Of a stretch of 51,395 bases of DNA, positions 1-9,897 are shown one piece after another; the first letter of the stretch is position 1; each line of letters opens with the position of its first letter. The translations under genes and the position numbers were made by a program. The DNA lies in assembly GCA_023129575.1 (NCBI GenBank), contig JAGMBS010000005.1, positions 1 through 51,395 on the forward strand, in the 5' to 3' direction. The stretch comes from Minisyncoccota bacterium. GTDB taxonomy: Bacteria; Patescibacteriota; Minisyncoccia; Phycocordibacterales; UBA12079. The notes beneath the pieces were generated by a model that saw nothing but the letters and a program-made list of their open reading frames with translations, was not told the origin of the DNA and searched no databases.

Positions 1-2
1 CC

Positions 3-908
3 TTCCATCAACACGGAACCGGGGGTCGCGATTCTTTTTGTAACCTCACCTTGTTCGGCCATTTCGCTCGTCATATCTTCTGCGTCAAATATTCCCCCAT
101 CGGAATCAACATAGTTCCCATCGGCATCCGGTTCAAGATTTAATTCATCGGATATATCATCCTCGTCTAATATCACCCCGTCAGCGTCAACATAATTGTC
201 GGTTTCCCAAGACAGAAAACCGCTGCCCCAATCCAATTTAGTTTTTTCTCTCGTCTTTTTATCCTGTATATCTCCAACCATGGCGGCGTGAGCTTTTATG
301 AATGAACCGTAAGCGTTATTATTTTCGCTGCTTGTCATAGAAATCCAAGTTCCCCATTTCCAATCGTGTTCCAGGTCGTCAATCGCGTTTTCAATATTGC
401 CGACCACATCCGACAAGGTGCATTTAGGCGTATATGGTTTGCTGAAAGCGAAGAGCAAGGCGATTTTGACATCCAAACTGAAAGGGCCGCATAAAAACTG
501 CAGTTTTGAACCGTAAATATATTCGCCGATTGTCGCGTCCGCTATTTCCCGCAAAAATCCCTCAAAATCGGTGATAAAGGCCGGACTGCCGTCAAAACCG
601 CCCTGTATCCAATTAACGATGGATTTTGACATCATTTGCAAAGCGATTTTGGCCGCCATATAAGCAATCGGGTCTAAAATATATTCTTTGACCCACATGG
701 AATTTTCTACAATAGCCGTTTCTGTGTCGCTGACCGCTGAAATTGCGGCGGAGGTGTTTCCTACCGCGTTCATTGCGGTATTGGCAGGGTCGGTGACCGT
801 CATTGCACTAACTTTATTTGGCGCGCTTAAAAAAAATGAAGGCGCTAAAAAAGACAATATCAATATAAAGCCGATTATTTTTTTAAGTTTTATCTGATTA
901 AAATTCAT
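3..908 (-). CDS. Secreted/membrane hypothetical protein (Parcubacteria-type), 3' end runs off the window
   Basis: Manually translated open frame from ATG 908: MNFNQIKLKKIIGFILILSFLAPSFF... with a signal-peptide-like N-terminus, then WVKEYILDPIAYMAAK...SIVNWIQGGFDGSPAFI. Not in the ORF track because it is truncated. Confidence 0.8.
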   Translation of the reverse strand, partial: MNFNQIKLKKIIGFILILSFLAPSFFLSAPNKVSAMTVTDPANTAMNAVGNTSAAISAVSDTETAIVENSMWVKEYILDPIAYMAAKIALQMMSKSIVNWIQGGFDGSPAFITDFEGFLREIADATIGEYIYGSKLQFLCGPFSLDVKIALLFAFSKPYTPKCTLSDVVGNIENAIDDLEHDWKWGTWISMTSSENNNAYGSFIKAHAAMVGDIQDKKTREKTKLDWGSGFLSWETDNYVDADGVILDEDDISDELNLEPDADGNYVDSDGGIFDAEDMTSEMAEQGEVTKRIATPGSVLME

Positions 909-913
909 TTTTT

Positions 914-1855
914 TTAAAAAACTATATTTTCTGTTTTAAAATATTCCCCGATTTCCGTCAAAGCGTTATTAAATTTTTCTTCATCTTTGATGTATTTTTG
1001 AACGCCGAGCAGTCCCGCGATCGGGTCGCTGAACATTTTTTGCATATTTTTTGTGTCAGCCGTCATCTCATTCAGCGCGTTTATCACATTCAAATGAAAT
1101 TCCGCCACAGCGGACGGCACGGGTATTTCCAAGAACCAGCCAATCATTTGTTTATAAGTTAAGATATTAAAATCCAATTCTTTTAACATTCCCGGATTAT
1201 TTATTTCCATTGCTTGTTTCAGGACAAGCGGTTCGTATTTCAGCTCAGGAATTTTTTCCGTCAGTTTTTTTATTTCATTCGCGTAGGTCTGGATATTTGA
1301 ATGGTTATTGGAAATTATTTTCAAATCAGTCAGTGAATAAATCTCTTTTATTTCCCTTCCCAAGTTTTTTTCAACCAGGGCTTCTATAAATCTGTCTTGG
1401 TTCGCGCCGTTTAATTGGCCTTCTTGTTTAAGCGCCGCGTATCCGACGAATAATTCTCTCGCCAATCTGTCCGTTTGGGTCAGAGTTTGGCCGGCTTGCG
1501 CGTCATCCGGCGCGGATTGGACAATTTCGTTTTTTAGCAAGTCGTTTGGCCCCGCGATTAGCGGATTTCTTCCGGCGAGAATTTCAGCATTGTCGTTTGT
1601 TCCGTCCCCGTCCGTGTCTGGATTATTAGGGTCGGTTTTCCAGAGAGTTTCCTCCCAATCCTTTAAGCCGTCGCCGTCTGAATCGCTTTGAGTTATCTTT
1701 TTCATTTCAACCGCGATTTCATTTTCTATATTTTGCGCGGGGCGATAAGCGATTTTTCTGTCTTGGTATTTTGAAATGAGTAAAAAACCAAACAAGAGCA
1801 ACAAAAACACGCCCAAAAAAACCGTCAGTTTTTTGCTCGGCAAAAACTTGTTCAT
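914..1855 (-). CDS. Membrane-anchored protein with Ca-binding DxDxDG (thrombospondin type 3-like) repeats
   Basis: N-terminal TM helix; DSDGDGLKDWEE...DPNNPDTDGDGTNDNAE. Confidence 0.8.
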   Translation of the reverse strand: MNKFLPSKKLTVFLGVFLLLLFGFLLISKYQDRKIAYRPAQNIENEIAVEMKKITQSDSDGDGLKDWEETLWKTDPNNPDTDGDGTNDNAEILAGRNPLIAGPNDLLKNEIVQSAPDDAQAGQTLTQTDRLARELFVGYAALKQEGQLNGANQDRFIEALVEKNLGREIKEIYSLTDLKIISNNHSNIQTYANEIKKLTEKIPELKYEPLVLKQAMEINNPGMLKELDFNILTYKQMIGWFLEIPVPSAVAEFHLNVINALNEMTADTKNMQKMFSDPIAGLLGVQKYIKDEEKFNNALTEIGEYFKTENIVF

Positions 1856-2008
1856 AATTGCGTAAATTATACCAAAATTGATATGGAAATGTTGCTTTGT
1901 TTGTGAATAACTTTAAACTATGATTTAGGATTTATGATTTAAGATTTAGGGCAAAAAACAAAAAATTCAGAAACTAATTTTCTTGGAGGGAGATGAACAC
2001 TTATACCC

Positions 2009-2908
2009 TCACGAAAATTGTTTCTGATTTTTTTGTTTTTTAAAGATATTTTCCAGTTCCAAATAAAGCCCTTTCCAATCCTGCAGAGACAAATCCTCCG
2101 CTCTTATTTTCAGCGGTATTTCCAATTTTTCAAAAATATCCGCCAACCCCTCTTTTGAAAAACTTAGGTATCCGATGCCTAAGTTGCGGGTTGATGTTTT
2201 TGAAGACAGATTATTTATCAACATCTTTCTTTTGTTTGAAAAACCGGCCCGAATCAGCCGGAAAAAATTCTCCTCGTTTATGTTTTTAAAAAATCTTTTG
2301 GAGATATTGTCTATCAAGAGAAGGGCGGAATCCACTTTTGGCCGGGGCGTAAAATTTTCGGCCTTAACCGTGGCGATGTATTTTGGCTCGCCATAAACTT
2401 TGACACTGAGGGATAAAATACTTTCTTTCCCCCCTTTTTTTAAACTTAGGCATCGGGTGCCTAAGTTTGAAGTGATTCTCTGGGCGACTTCCTTTTGAAG
2501 CATTACAACCATTTTTGAAGGCGGAAAATCGCAAGATAAAAATTTTCGCAAAAATTGTCCCGTGATATAATACGGTAAATTGGCAATAATCTGATATTGC
2601 GGTTTGAGGTTGTTTGTTGAGAAATCTAAAATATCGTTGTGGATGAGTTCTAATTTTCCTGTTTTTATTTCGCGCGCGAATTTTTTTTGGAGATATCCGA
2701 TTAGGCGGTCGTCTTTTTCAACGGCGCTAACTTTTTTGGCTTTTTCTAACAGTTTTTCCGTCAGGAGGCCCTTGCCCGGTCCGACCTCTAAAACAATATC
2801 GCCGCTTTTCAAATCGGCGGTGTCAATAATTTTTTCCACGATTTTGCCGGACTTTAAAAAATTTTGCCCCAATGATTTTTTCGCTTTAAACATATACTTT
2901 ATTAACAT
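2009..2908 (-). CDS. rsmA: 16S rRNA adenine dimethyltransferase RsmA/KsgA (start may be ATG 2893)
   Basis: KKSLGQNFL, VLEVGPGKG, ANLPYYIT, F.PRPKVDS motifs. Confidence 0.97.
   Translation of the reverse strand: MLIKYMFKAKKSLGQNFLKSGKIVEKIIDTADLKSGDIVLEVGPGKGLLTEKLLEKAKKVSAVEKDDRLIGYLQKKFAREIKTGKLELIHNDILDFSTNNLKPQYQIIANLPYYITGQFLRKFLSCDFPPSKMVVMLQKEVAQRITSNLGTRCLSLKKGGKESILSLSVKVYGEPKYIATVKAENFTPRPKVDSALLLIDNISKRFFKNINEENFFRLIRAGFSNKRKMLINNLSSKTSTRNLGIGYLSFSKEGLADIFEKLEIPLKIRAEDLSLQDWKGLYLELENIFKKQKNQKQFS
2161..2185. repeat. Palindromic element inside rsmA, copy 1
   Basis: aacttaggtatccgatgcctaagtt; encodes NLGIGYLS. Confidence 0.75.
2442..2468. repeat. Palindromic element inside rsmA, copy 2
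   Basis: aaacttaggcatcgggtgcctaagttt; encodes NLGTRCLSL. Confidence 0.75.
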
Positions 2909-2966
2909 TATTTACACTTGGGGCTCCAAGCCCCAAGTAAATTGTGGATAACTTTTATTTATTTTA

Positions 2967-4922
2967 TTACCATTCCAGATATTCAATTTTTTCAGAATTC
3001 AAAGGGGTGTCCGGTTGAAAATTTTGATTTTCTTCCTCCAATAAATTGTCGTTAATGTCGGTAATGAATTCGGAAATGATGTTTGTTCGTCGTGAACCGA
3101 AAATTGTTCGCAGAGAAGAGTAAGACAGAAAAAGTTTTTGGCGCGCGCGGGTGAGAGCGACATAAAATAATCGTCTCTCCTCCTCTTGTCGGTCTTGGGT
3201 CGGTTTGGCGTCTAATTTGCTCGGAAAAAGTCCGTCTTCAAGCCCGCTGATGAAAACATAATCAAATTCTAAACCTTTAGAAGCGTGGATTGTCATTAAA
3301 CGGACCATATTTGTTTTTTTATCCATCTGGTCTTGATCCGATGCCAGAGCGGTTTCTTCCAACATTTTTTCCACCCCTTCAGGTTTTGACAATTTGTCAT
3401 ATTTTAGAGCGAGTGAAACGAGTTCTTGCAAGTTTGCCAGCCGTTCCAAATCGTCCTCGTTTCCATTTTTTAATTTATCTTCAAAACCGCTTTTAGCGAT
3501 AACAAATTTAATCAATGTTGACGGTTTTTTATTCAATGCCACTTTTTTAATCTCGTTTAAGATATTCCAAAAATTTTTTACTTTTATTTGTGTTGCCGGG
3601 CTGAGTTCATTTTCTTTATTGGCGAAGATTTTGGCGACGCTCACCTTCCCTATCCCGCGGGGAGGCGTATTTATTATTCTTTTTAAATTATTTAAACTGT
3701 CAGGGTTTAAAGCGGATTTTATAAAAGCCAAAATATCTTTGATTTCTTTTCTCTCAAAAAATTTGGTTCCCAAGACCTGGTAAGGGACCCCGCTCGTTAA
3801 AAAGGCCTCTTCCAAAATTCTGGATTGAAAATTAGTCCGGTATAAAACGGCGATTTCTTTTGGAGAAGCTCCGTCGCTTATCAATTCACCGGCTTTTTGG
3901 GCGATAAAACCGGCCTCGTCCGCCTCATCGGAGGCGGAATATAATCCGACTTTTTCGCCCGCCTCATTTTTGGTCCAAAGATTTTTATCTTTTCTTAAAT
4001 CGTTTTTTATAATGATTTCATTCGCGGCCGCCAAGATATTTTGGGTGGAACGATAATTTTCTTCCAGCAAAATAGTTTGGGAATTGGGAAAATCCTTTTC
4101 AAAATTAAGAATGTTTTTGATATTCGCGCCCCGCCATGAATAAATATTTTGGTCGGCATCCCCGACAACACAAATATTTTTATGTTTTTGAGAAAGAAAT
4201 TTGGCGATTTTATATTGAACCCGATTGGTATCCTGATATTCGTCTATGTGAAGATAGCGCCATTTATTTTGATAATGGTTTAAAATCTGCTTGTTTTCAT
4301 TTAAAAGCAAAGCGGTCCTTAAAATTAAGTCGTCAAAATCAAGCGCTTTTTCTTTAGCCAAAATTTGTTCGTATTTTTGCCAAACCGTCGCGACAATTCC
4401 GGGAAAATATTCAGTCCCGATTGTCTCCGCGTAATCGGAGACGGTCGTAAAATCGCCTTTCTGGCGGGAAATAATCCCCAGAATTTTTTTGGGCTCAAAT
4501 TGTTTCGGGTCCAGATTGAGAGAAGGCAAAATACTTTTAATAATTTTTTGAGAATCGTTTTTGTCAAAAATAGAAAAATATTTTGGAATACCAGCGATAT
4601 CAAAATTTTCTCTCAAGATGTGAACGCCCAAGGAATGAAAAGTTCGGATAAAAGGGGGGCTTTCAAACGAAACGGGCAAATTTAATTCTTTGTCTTTACG
4701 GAGAAGGCGACCGACTCGCTCTTGCATCTCTTTGGCGGCTTTATTGGTGAAGGTAACTGCCAAAATATTTTCGGGGGCAAGCCCTTCTTTTATCAAACGC
4801 AAAATTCTATACGCGATGACGCGGGTCTTGCCGGCGCCCGCGCCCGCTAAGATGAGCAGAGGCCCGTTTTTATGCAGAACGGCTTGTTTTTGGGCGGGAT
4901 TAAGTTTGTCCAGATAAGACAT
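2967..4922 (-). CDS. pcrA: ATP-dependent DNA helicase PcrA/UvrD
   Basis: LAGAGAGKT, VTFTNKAA, DEYQDTN, VGDADQNIYSWRGA, LEENYRST, MTIHASKGLEF, EEERRLFYVALTRA. Confidence 0.97.
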   Translation of the reverse strand: MSYLDKLNPAQKQAVLHKNGPLLILAGAGAGKTRVIAYRILRLIKEGLAPENILAVTFTNKAAKEMQERVGRLLRKDKELNLPVSFESPPFIRTFHSLGVHILRENFDIAGIPKYFSIFDKNDSQKIIKSILPSLNLDPKQFEPKKILGIISRQKGDFTTVSDYAETIGTEYFPGIVATVWQKYEQILAKEKALDFDDLILRTALLLNENKQILNHYQNKWRYLHIDEYQDTNRVQYKIAKFLSQKHKNICVVGDADQNIYSWRGANIKNILNFEKDFPNSQTILLEENYRSTQNILAAANEIIIKNDLRKDKNLWTKNEAGEKVGLYSASDEADEAGFIAQKAGELISDGASPKEIAVLYRTNFQSRILEEAFLTSGVPYQVLGTKFFERKEIKDILAFIKSALNPDSLNNLKRIINTPPRGIGKVSVAKIFANKENELSPATQIKVKNFWNILNEIKKVALNKKPSTLIKFVIAKSGFEDKLKNGNEDDLERLANLQELVSLALKYDKLSKPEGVEKMLEETALASDQDQMDKKTNMVRLMTIHASKGLEFDYVFISGLEDGLFPSKLDAKPTQDRQEEERRLFYVALTRARQKLFLSYSSLRTIFGSRRTNIISEFITDINDNLLEEENQNFQPDTPLNSEKIEYLEW

Positions 4923-5222
4923 ATTAGTTAATTATAACATAAAAACTTCCGAAAATTTTTTTGAGACCCAAAATTTTATCCCCAAATTTGTTGGCGAGCG
5001 GTTGACGAAGGATACGAGTTTGATAAAATTAAGGGGTTGTTGAATTAAGATAATTCAAAGAATTAAGGGTAAATAAAAATCCTTGACTTTTTGTCGGATT
5101 TAGATACAATTCAGCGGTGTTTCAGATTTCAGACAATGTCAGAAACGGCTTAAAAACTAACATTTTGGCTTATTATATCTAATATACAAGATCCTGAACC
5201 GCCCAAAACAGGGCTAAAACAG

Positions 5223-6290
5223 GTGATAAAATCTAAATCTCGCGACTTTGTGGCGCAAAAGCTTGTTTTTGCGGTTTTGTTGGGTTTTTTACTTACGCCT
5301 TCCGTGGCAAACGCGGGAGTTTTTTCTTTTGTTAGCGGCTTTTTTGATGACGCGGAGAAGATTATGACAGAGAATTGCGAAGGAATTAATTCCCAAAATA
5401 TGGCTTTATTGAAGGCCGCCGTTAGTTATAATTCCACTTCTTCAATCGGTGGCGGTACAATTAATATTGTGAAGGGTTCCTTTCTTTCTTATGAAACCGG
5501 TCCGGTCGGGACAATGGTGAATGTTGAAAAAAAACCGAATTCTTATAGAATTGCCACCTATATTGTTAGAGAGGGCGATACTTTGGGCCAGATTGCCAAA
5601 ATGTTTGATGTTTCTACCGGAACAATTATTTGGGCGAATGATATAAAACGGGGCGATTTGATAAGAGAAGGACAAATTTTAAGTATTTTGCCGATAAATG
5701 GGATTAGGCATATGGTGGTTAAAGGCGAGACATTGCAAGGGTTGGTCAAAAAATACGGAGGCGATGTGAACGAGATTTTACAATATAATAATCTGCCAAA
5801 TGGTTATGTTTTGGCGATTGGCGCTGTAATTATTATCCCGGACGGCGAAGCGCCCCTGCCGAGTTACAGTTCAAAAACGATCGCGGCCAAAAGCAAGGTG
5901 AGAGGAACCGGCGGTCCGGAATATGCGGGTTATTATATTAGGCCGGTCGTGGGCGGAAGAATTTCACAGGGTTTGCATGGCTATAACGCGATTGATTTCG
6001 CGGTTCCCTTGGGGACGCCGATTTTAGCGGCCGCCTCCGGAGATGTGATTATCAGTAAAGATAACGGATATTGGAATGGCGGTTATGGCAATTATATTGT
6101 TATAAAACATAATAATGGAACACAAACGCTTTATTCTCACAACAGTAAAAATATTGTTTGGCCGGGCTATCATGTGGTGCAAGGACAAGTAATCGGCTAT
6201 ATCGGTTCTACCGGCCGTTCCACCGGACCCCATGTCCATTTTGAAGTCCGTGGCGCGCAAAATCCCTGGGGAGTGACCGGAGCGAGATAA
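5223..6290 (+). CDS. LysM x2 + M23 metallopeptidase
   Basis: YIVREGDTLGQIA and HMVVKGETL LysM motifs; HGYNAIDF, GGYGNYIVIKH, STGPHVHFEV. Confidence 0.95.
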   Translation: MIKSKSRDFVAQKLVFAVLLGFLLTPSVANAGVFSFVSGFFDDAEKIMTENCEGINSQNMALLKAAVSYNSTSSIGGGTINIVKGSFLSYETGPVGTMVNVEKKPNSYRIATYIVREGDTLGQIAKMFDVSTGTIIWANDIKRGDLIREGQILSILPINGIRHMVVKGETLQGLVKKYGGDVNEILQYNNLPNGYVLAIGAVIIIPDGEAPLPSYSSKTIAAKSKVRGTGGPEYAGYYIRPVVGGRISQGLHGYNAIDFAVPLGTPILAAASGDVIISKDNGYWNGGYGNYIVIKHNNGTQTLYSHNSKNIVWPGYHVVQGQVIGYIGSTGRSTGPHVHFEVRGAQNPWGVTGAR

Positions 6291-6391
6291 CTCTTGACTT
6301 TTTATTAAAATAGTGATATTCTTTGTCCCAGATTGTTGGGATATTTTTTATTCTATTGAAAATAATATAAATTTTAAAAAAGGAGGTAAAA

Positions 6392-6874
6392 ATGGCTGAT
6401 AAAAAAGTCGTCAAAAAGACCGTTGTACTTAATCTTGAGGATGAAAATTTTCGGGTTGATTCCGTTGGTTGGAAAAAGCACACCAATAAACAAGGCATTA
6501 CATTTCTTGAAAATTCTGAAAAGGATATTTGGGAATATGTAAGAGGGGTTTCTGTTGAATTGGTTGGTCAACAATTGCTCACATTTCCTGCGGCGATGCG
6601 GGAAACGAAAAAAGCGGGGAAAAGGATGCCGACTGACGAGGAATGGAATTCTTTGGAAAAGGATATTCTTAAAAAGAATAGTTTGTTTCCCGGCAATTAC
6701 AATACTAATGGAGCATTCTACTACCCTACCTCTTACGCGCACTTCTGGTCGTCGTCGGTGTCGGGCGGTAATGCTTGGATACGTCGCCTGCACTCCAGTA
6801 ACGCTACTGTTGACCGCGGTCCGGGCGATCAGACATACGGCTTTTCTGTTCGTTGCTTGAAAACTGATGATTGA
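6392..6874 (+). CDS. Small C-type-lectin-fold (FISUMP/Fib_succ_major-like) protein, probable DGR target
   Basis: RMPTDEEW, FWSSS..AW.R.L...V.R....YGFSVRCLK C-terminus; strong SD AGGAGGT at 6381-6387. Confidence 0.8.
   Translation: MADKKVVKKTVVLNLEDENFRVDSVGWKKHTNKQGITFLENSEKDIWEYVRGVSVELVGQQLLTFPAAMRETKKAGKRMPTDEEWNSLEKDILKKNSLFPGNYNTNGAFYYPTSYAHFWSSSVSGGNAWIRRLHSSNATVDRGPGDQTYGFSVRCLKTDD
6689..6862 (+). other. Putative DGR variable repeat (VR)
   Basis: Adenine-free codons at scaffold positions (TTC TGG TCG TCG TCG GTG TCG GGC; GGC TTT TCT GTT CGT TGC TTG) alternate with NNY codons. Confidence 0.65.
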
Positions 6875-6895
6875 TTTTCGGGTTCAAAAGAGGCC

Positions 6896-6935
6896 AAAGG
6901 CCAGATTTGTGTAAAAACGAATCTGGCCTTTTTAT
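6896..6935 (+). terminator. Hairpin/terminator after the CLec gene
   Basis: aaaggccagatt ... aatctggccttt followed by a T-rich tail. Confidence 0.7.
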
Positions 6936-6941
6936 TTTATA

Positions 6942-6968
6942 TTTGACGGACGTCCGACGTCCGTCAAA
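6942..6968. repeat. Perfect palindrome with GTC-C-GAC core
   Basis: tttgacggacgtc c gacgtccgtcaaa. Confidence 0.8.
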
Positions 6969-6991
6969 ATGTCTGTTAAAACAAGTTTGAA

Positions 6992-7020
6992 GATGGATTT
7001 TGGCGAAGCCAAAATCCATC
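6992..7020. repeat. REP-like hairpin GGATTTTGGC-NNN-GCCAAAATCC, copy 1
   Basis: Other copies at 9235-9269, 13883-13909 and 28358-28386; variant at 31444-31483. Confidence 0.85.
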
Positions 7021-7154
7021 CTTCAAATCATAATTCTTAATTCTTAAATCCAAATCAAACAGAACGGTGGGCGACGAAGTCGCCCGCTTTTTTGAAATTT
7101 AATTTTTGGATTTCATTTGGAATAATTTGAACTTTAAACTTTGAATTTTTTGAT

Positions 7155-8714
7155 CTATATCCCCATAAAATTTTTAGGCCGGTATTGCAGGGCTTCCAAA
7201 ATATGTTCGGGGCGAATTTTTTCCGCCCGGTCCAAATCGGCGACGGTGCGCGCTAATTTTATGACTTTATGATAAGCGCGAGCGGACAAACCAAGTTTCC
7301 CGGCCGACTGATTGAGAATTTTTTGAGTTTCGGTTTCTAAAAGCGCCAATTTTTCAATATCTTTAACGCTCATTCCTCCGTTGGTTTTTCGGACGGATTT
7401 TTGAAATCTTTTAGTTTGAATTCCGCGGGCGTTTGCGACCCTTTTGCCAATGGCGGAGGTTTTTTCCAGACCGTCATCTTTTTGGGATAATTTTTGGTGA
7501 TCCACATTGGCGACTTCCACCCACATATCAATTCGGTCAATAATCGGTCCCGATATTTTGCGTTGATAGCGAATTAAATTCGCCGGCGCGCAGACGCATT
7601 CTTTTTCCGTCCCGAAATTTCCGCAGGGGCAGGGGTTCATAGTGGCGATTAAAATAAAATCAGCCGGAAATTTGGCCGTGCCTTTGGCCCGAGAAACATT
7701 TATTATTCCGTCTTCCAGCGGTTGGCGCAGGGCTTCTATCGCTCTTCTTTCAAATTCCGGAAACTCATCCAAAAAAAGAACGCCCTTGTGCGCCAAAGTA
7801 ACTTCGCCCGGTTTGGGGAAAGTTCCTCCTCCCACGACCGACACATAAGAAGCGGTGTGGTGGGGAGAGCGAAAAGGGGGTTGGACAACCAAATTATTTT
7901 CCAACAAACCGGCAATGGAGTGAATGGCGGTAACTTCCAAAATATCTTCAAAGGAAAGCGGCGGCAAAATATGGCAAAAGGCCTTGGCCAACATTGTTTT
8001 ACCGGCGCCGGGCGGTCCGAACATCGCGATATTATGTCCGCCCGAGGAGGCGATTTCCAAGCCCCGTTTGGCGCTTTCTTGCCCTTTAATATCTGAAAAA
8101 TCAATGACGGGAGCGGAATTAGAAAGTTTAATTTTGGTGGGCGCTTGCGGAGTCAAACGGTTGCTTACAGACAATTCCGTATCAGCGGGGCTGCCATATT
8201 TCAAATGTTTAATAAGTTCTTGCAGTGTTTGAACCCCGAATATTTTGATGCCGTCTATCAAAGCGCCTTCCTCGGCGTTTTCGGCCGGCAAATAGACCTC
8301 TTCAAATTTTCGTTTTTTCGCTTCTTTCACTAAAGCCAGCGTTCCATTTATTTTTCGCAAGCGTCCGTCCAAAGTGAGTTCTCCTAAAAATATTTTTTTC
8401 CGCGGGTTAAATAAAATATCGTCTGAGGCCAAAAGATAAGCGATGGCGATACCCAAATCAAAATTAGGGCCTTCTTTTTTGAGGTTGGCGGGAGCCAGAG
8501 AGACAATCACTTTTTGATTTTTTTCCTTGGGCGATTTGTAGTCGTTATTTTTAATGGCGGCCGAAACCCGGTCGCGGGATTCCTCCACCGCTTTATCCGG
8601 CAGGCCGACAATAGAAAAAGCGTGTAAAGTATTTTTTGAGATATCCACCTCAATATCCACAATATACGCCCGCAACAGATTGGCTTGGGCGGAATGTACT
8701 TTTGAAAAATTCAT
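7155..8714 (-). CDS. comM: YifB/ComM family Mg-chelatase-like AAA+ ATPase
   Basis: IVGLPDKAVEESRDRV, GPPGAGKTMLA, FRSPHHTAS, LAHKGVLFLDEFPEF, MNPCPCG, ISGPIIDRID. Confidence 0.95.
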   Translation of the reverse strand: MNFSKVHSAQANLLRAYIVDIEVDISKNTLHAFSIVGLPDKAVEESRDRVSAAIKNNDYKSPKEKNQKVIVSLAPANLKKEGPNFDLGIAIAYLLASDDILFNPRKKIFLGELTLDGRLRKINGTLALVKEAKKRKFEEVYLPAENAEEGALIDGIKIFGVQTLQELIKHLKYGSPADTELSVSNRLTPQAPTKIKLSNSAPVIDFSDIKGQESAKRGLEIASSGGHNIAMFGPPGAGKTMLAKAFCHILPPLSFEDILEVTAIHSIAGLLENNLVVQPPFRSPHHTASYVSVVGGGTFPKPGEVTLAHKGVLFLDEFPEFERRAIEALRQPLEDGIINVSRAKGTAKFPADFILIATMNPCPCGNFGTEKECVCAPANLIRYQRKISGPIIDRIDMWVEVANVDHQKLSQKDDGLEKTSAIGKRVANARGIQTKRFQKSVRKTNGGMSVKDIEKLALLETETQKILNQSAGKLGLSARAYHKVIKLARTVADLDRAEKIRPEHILEALQYRPKNFMGI

Positions 8715-8832
8715 ATAAAAAAACTAAAAACTAAAAATGAAAAAGTAATAACAACAACTCAAAACTAAAAACCAAAAAACTTTTTGGCAATAATACTTTT
8801 TACTTTTACTTTTACTTTTTCGCTTTTCACTT

Positions 8833-9195
8833 TTAGTTTGTTCTGTGTTCTATGCAATTTCGAGCGGCGGGGTTGGCTCTCAGCCGTTCTTTTTCAATTT
8901 CTTTCCCGCAGGTGGCGCAGAAACCGTATTTGCCGGCGTCAATTCTTGTTAGCGCGTCTTTGACATTATTAAACCTTATTTCCAAATCCTTAAGAATAGC
9001 GCTTCTTGTTTCGTATTCCGTTATGTTGTCGCTGATTTCGTCTCGGTCGGGATTATGCCCTTTATTCATTTGATTATCGGCGATGGCTTCCCAATCCGCC
9101 GGATTGTCCGGGTTTTTTCTTCCGACTGTTTTTAGCTCTTTTTCAAGAAGTTTTAATTCTTCCTCTAATTTTTCTTTGTAAAATTTTATTTCCAT
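8833..9195 (-). CDS. DksA/TraR C4 zinc-finger protein
   Basis: ALTRIDAGKYGFCATCGKEIEKERLRANPAARNCIEH. Confidence 0.9.
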   Translation of the reverse strand: MEIKFYKEKLEEELKLLEKELKTVGRKNPDNPADWEAIADNQMNKGHNPDRDEISDNITEYETRSAILKDLEIRFNNVKDALTRIDAGKYGFCATCGKEIEKERLRANPAARNCIEHRTN

Positions 9196-9234
9196 GTCCC
9201 GTATTATAGCATAAAATGAAATTAATTTTCAATT

Positions 9235-9269
9235 AAAGACGGATTTTGGCGGAGCCAAAATCCGTCTTT
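9235..9269. repeat. REP-like hairpin GGATTTTGGC family, copy 2
   Basis: aaagacggattttggcggagccaaaatccgtcttt. Confidence 0.85.
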
Positions 9270-9409
9270 GCAAGTGTGAAACAAAGTAATCCAGCCAAAA
9301 AAAGAGTCAAGTTTGCGGACAAACTTGACCCTTACTTCCTTTTTCTCATTTAATGAACTCGAAAAATTATTTGGTTTGACTTTCGGGGGGTGTTTGATAG
9401 AATGAGGTT

Positions 9410-9643
9410 ATGACTAAAACAATAACGGTATCCTACACGGAATATCACTTACTCAAACAAATTAAACAACGATATGAACTTGTTCGTGATTTTTTTGAAT
9501 TGGAATCATTTCAAAAACCTGCTACAAAAAGTTCAAAAACAATCATAAGCGCCTTTCGTAAAACTAATTTATATAACGACAAATTTTTGAAAAGTTTAGA
9601 GAAAGGATTACAAGAATCATCTTATTTCTCTAAAGCAAATTAG
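9410..9643 (+). CDS. Putative antitoxin
   Basis: 77 aa, directly upstream of a RelE-like gene; promoter TTGACT 9376 / TAGAAT 9398. Confidence 0.7.
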   Translation: MTKTITVSYTEYHLLKQIKQRYELVRDFFELESFQKPATKSSKTIISAFRKTNLYNDKFLKSLEKGLQESSYFSKAN

Positions 9644-9648
9644 TTTCT

Positions 9649-9897
9649 ATGAAAATTACCCCTCTTTCAAAACGGCTGACCGCTTATTTGGAAAAGCACA
9701 ACATTCAAAAAAGTTTTGAAAAACAACAATTTCTTTTCGAACAAAATCCGTGTCATGCAAGTTTGCGAACTGAAATTCTCAAACCTAAACATCTCAAAAT
9801 TTACAGTTTTCGCATTACCCAAAAATACAGGGCGATTTTTGTTTATTGCGGAAAATCCACAATAGAAATTATTGATATTAATAATCATTATCAATGA
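9649..9897 (+). CDS. RelE/YoeB-superfamily toxin
   Basis: NPCHASLRTEIL...IYSFRITQKYRAIF...IIDINNHY. Confidence 0.8.
   Translation: MKITPLSKRLTAYLEKHNIQKSFEKQQFLFEQNPCHASLRTEILKPKHLKIYSFRITQKYRAIFVYCGKSTIEIIDINNHYQ

Noticed and set aside
2778-2788. ggtccgacctc in rsmA as a REP copy
   Set aside because: It encodes the conserved EVGPG SAM-binding motif and is only a partial palindrome.
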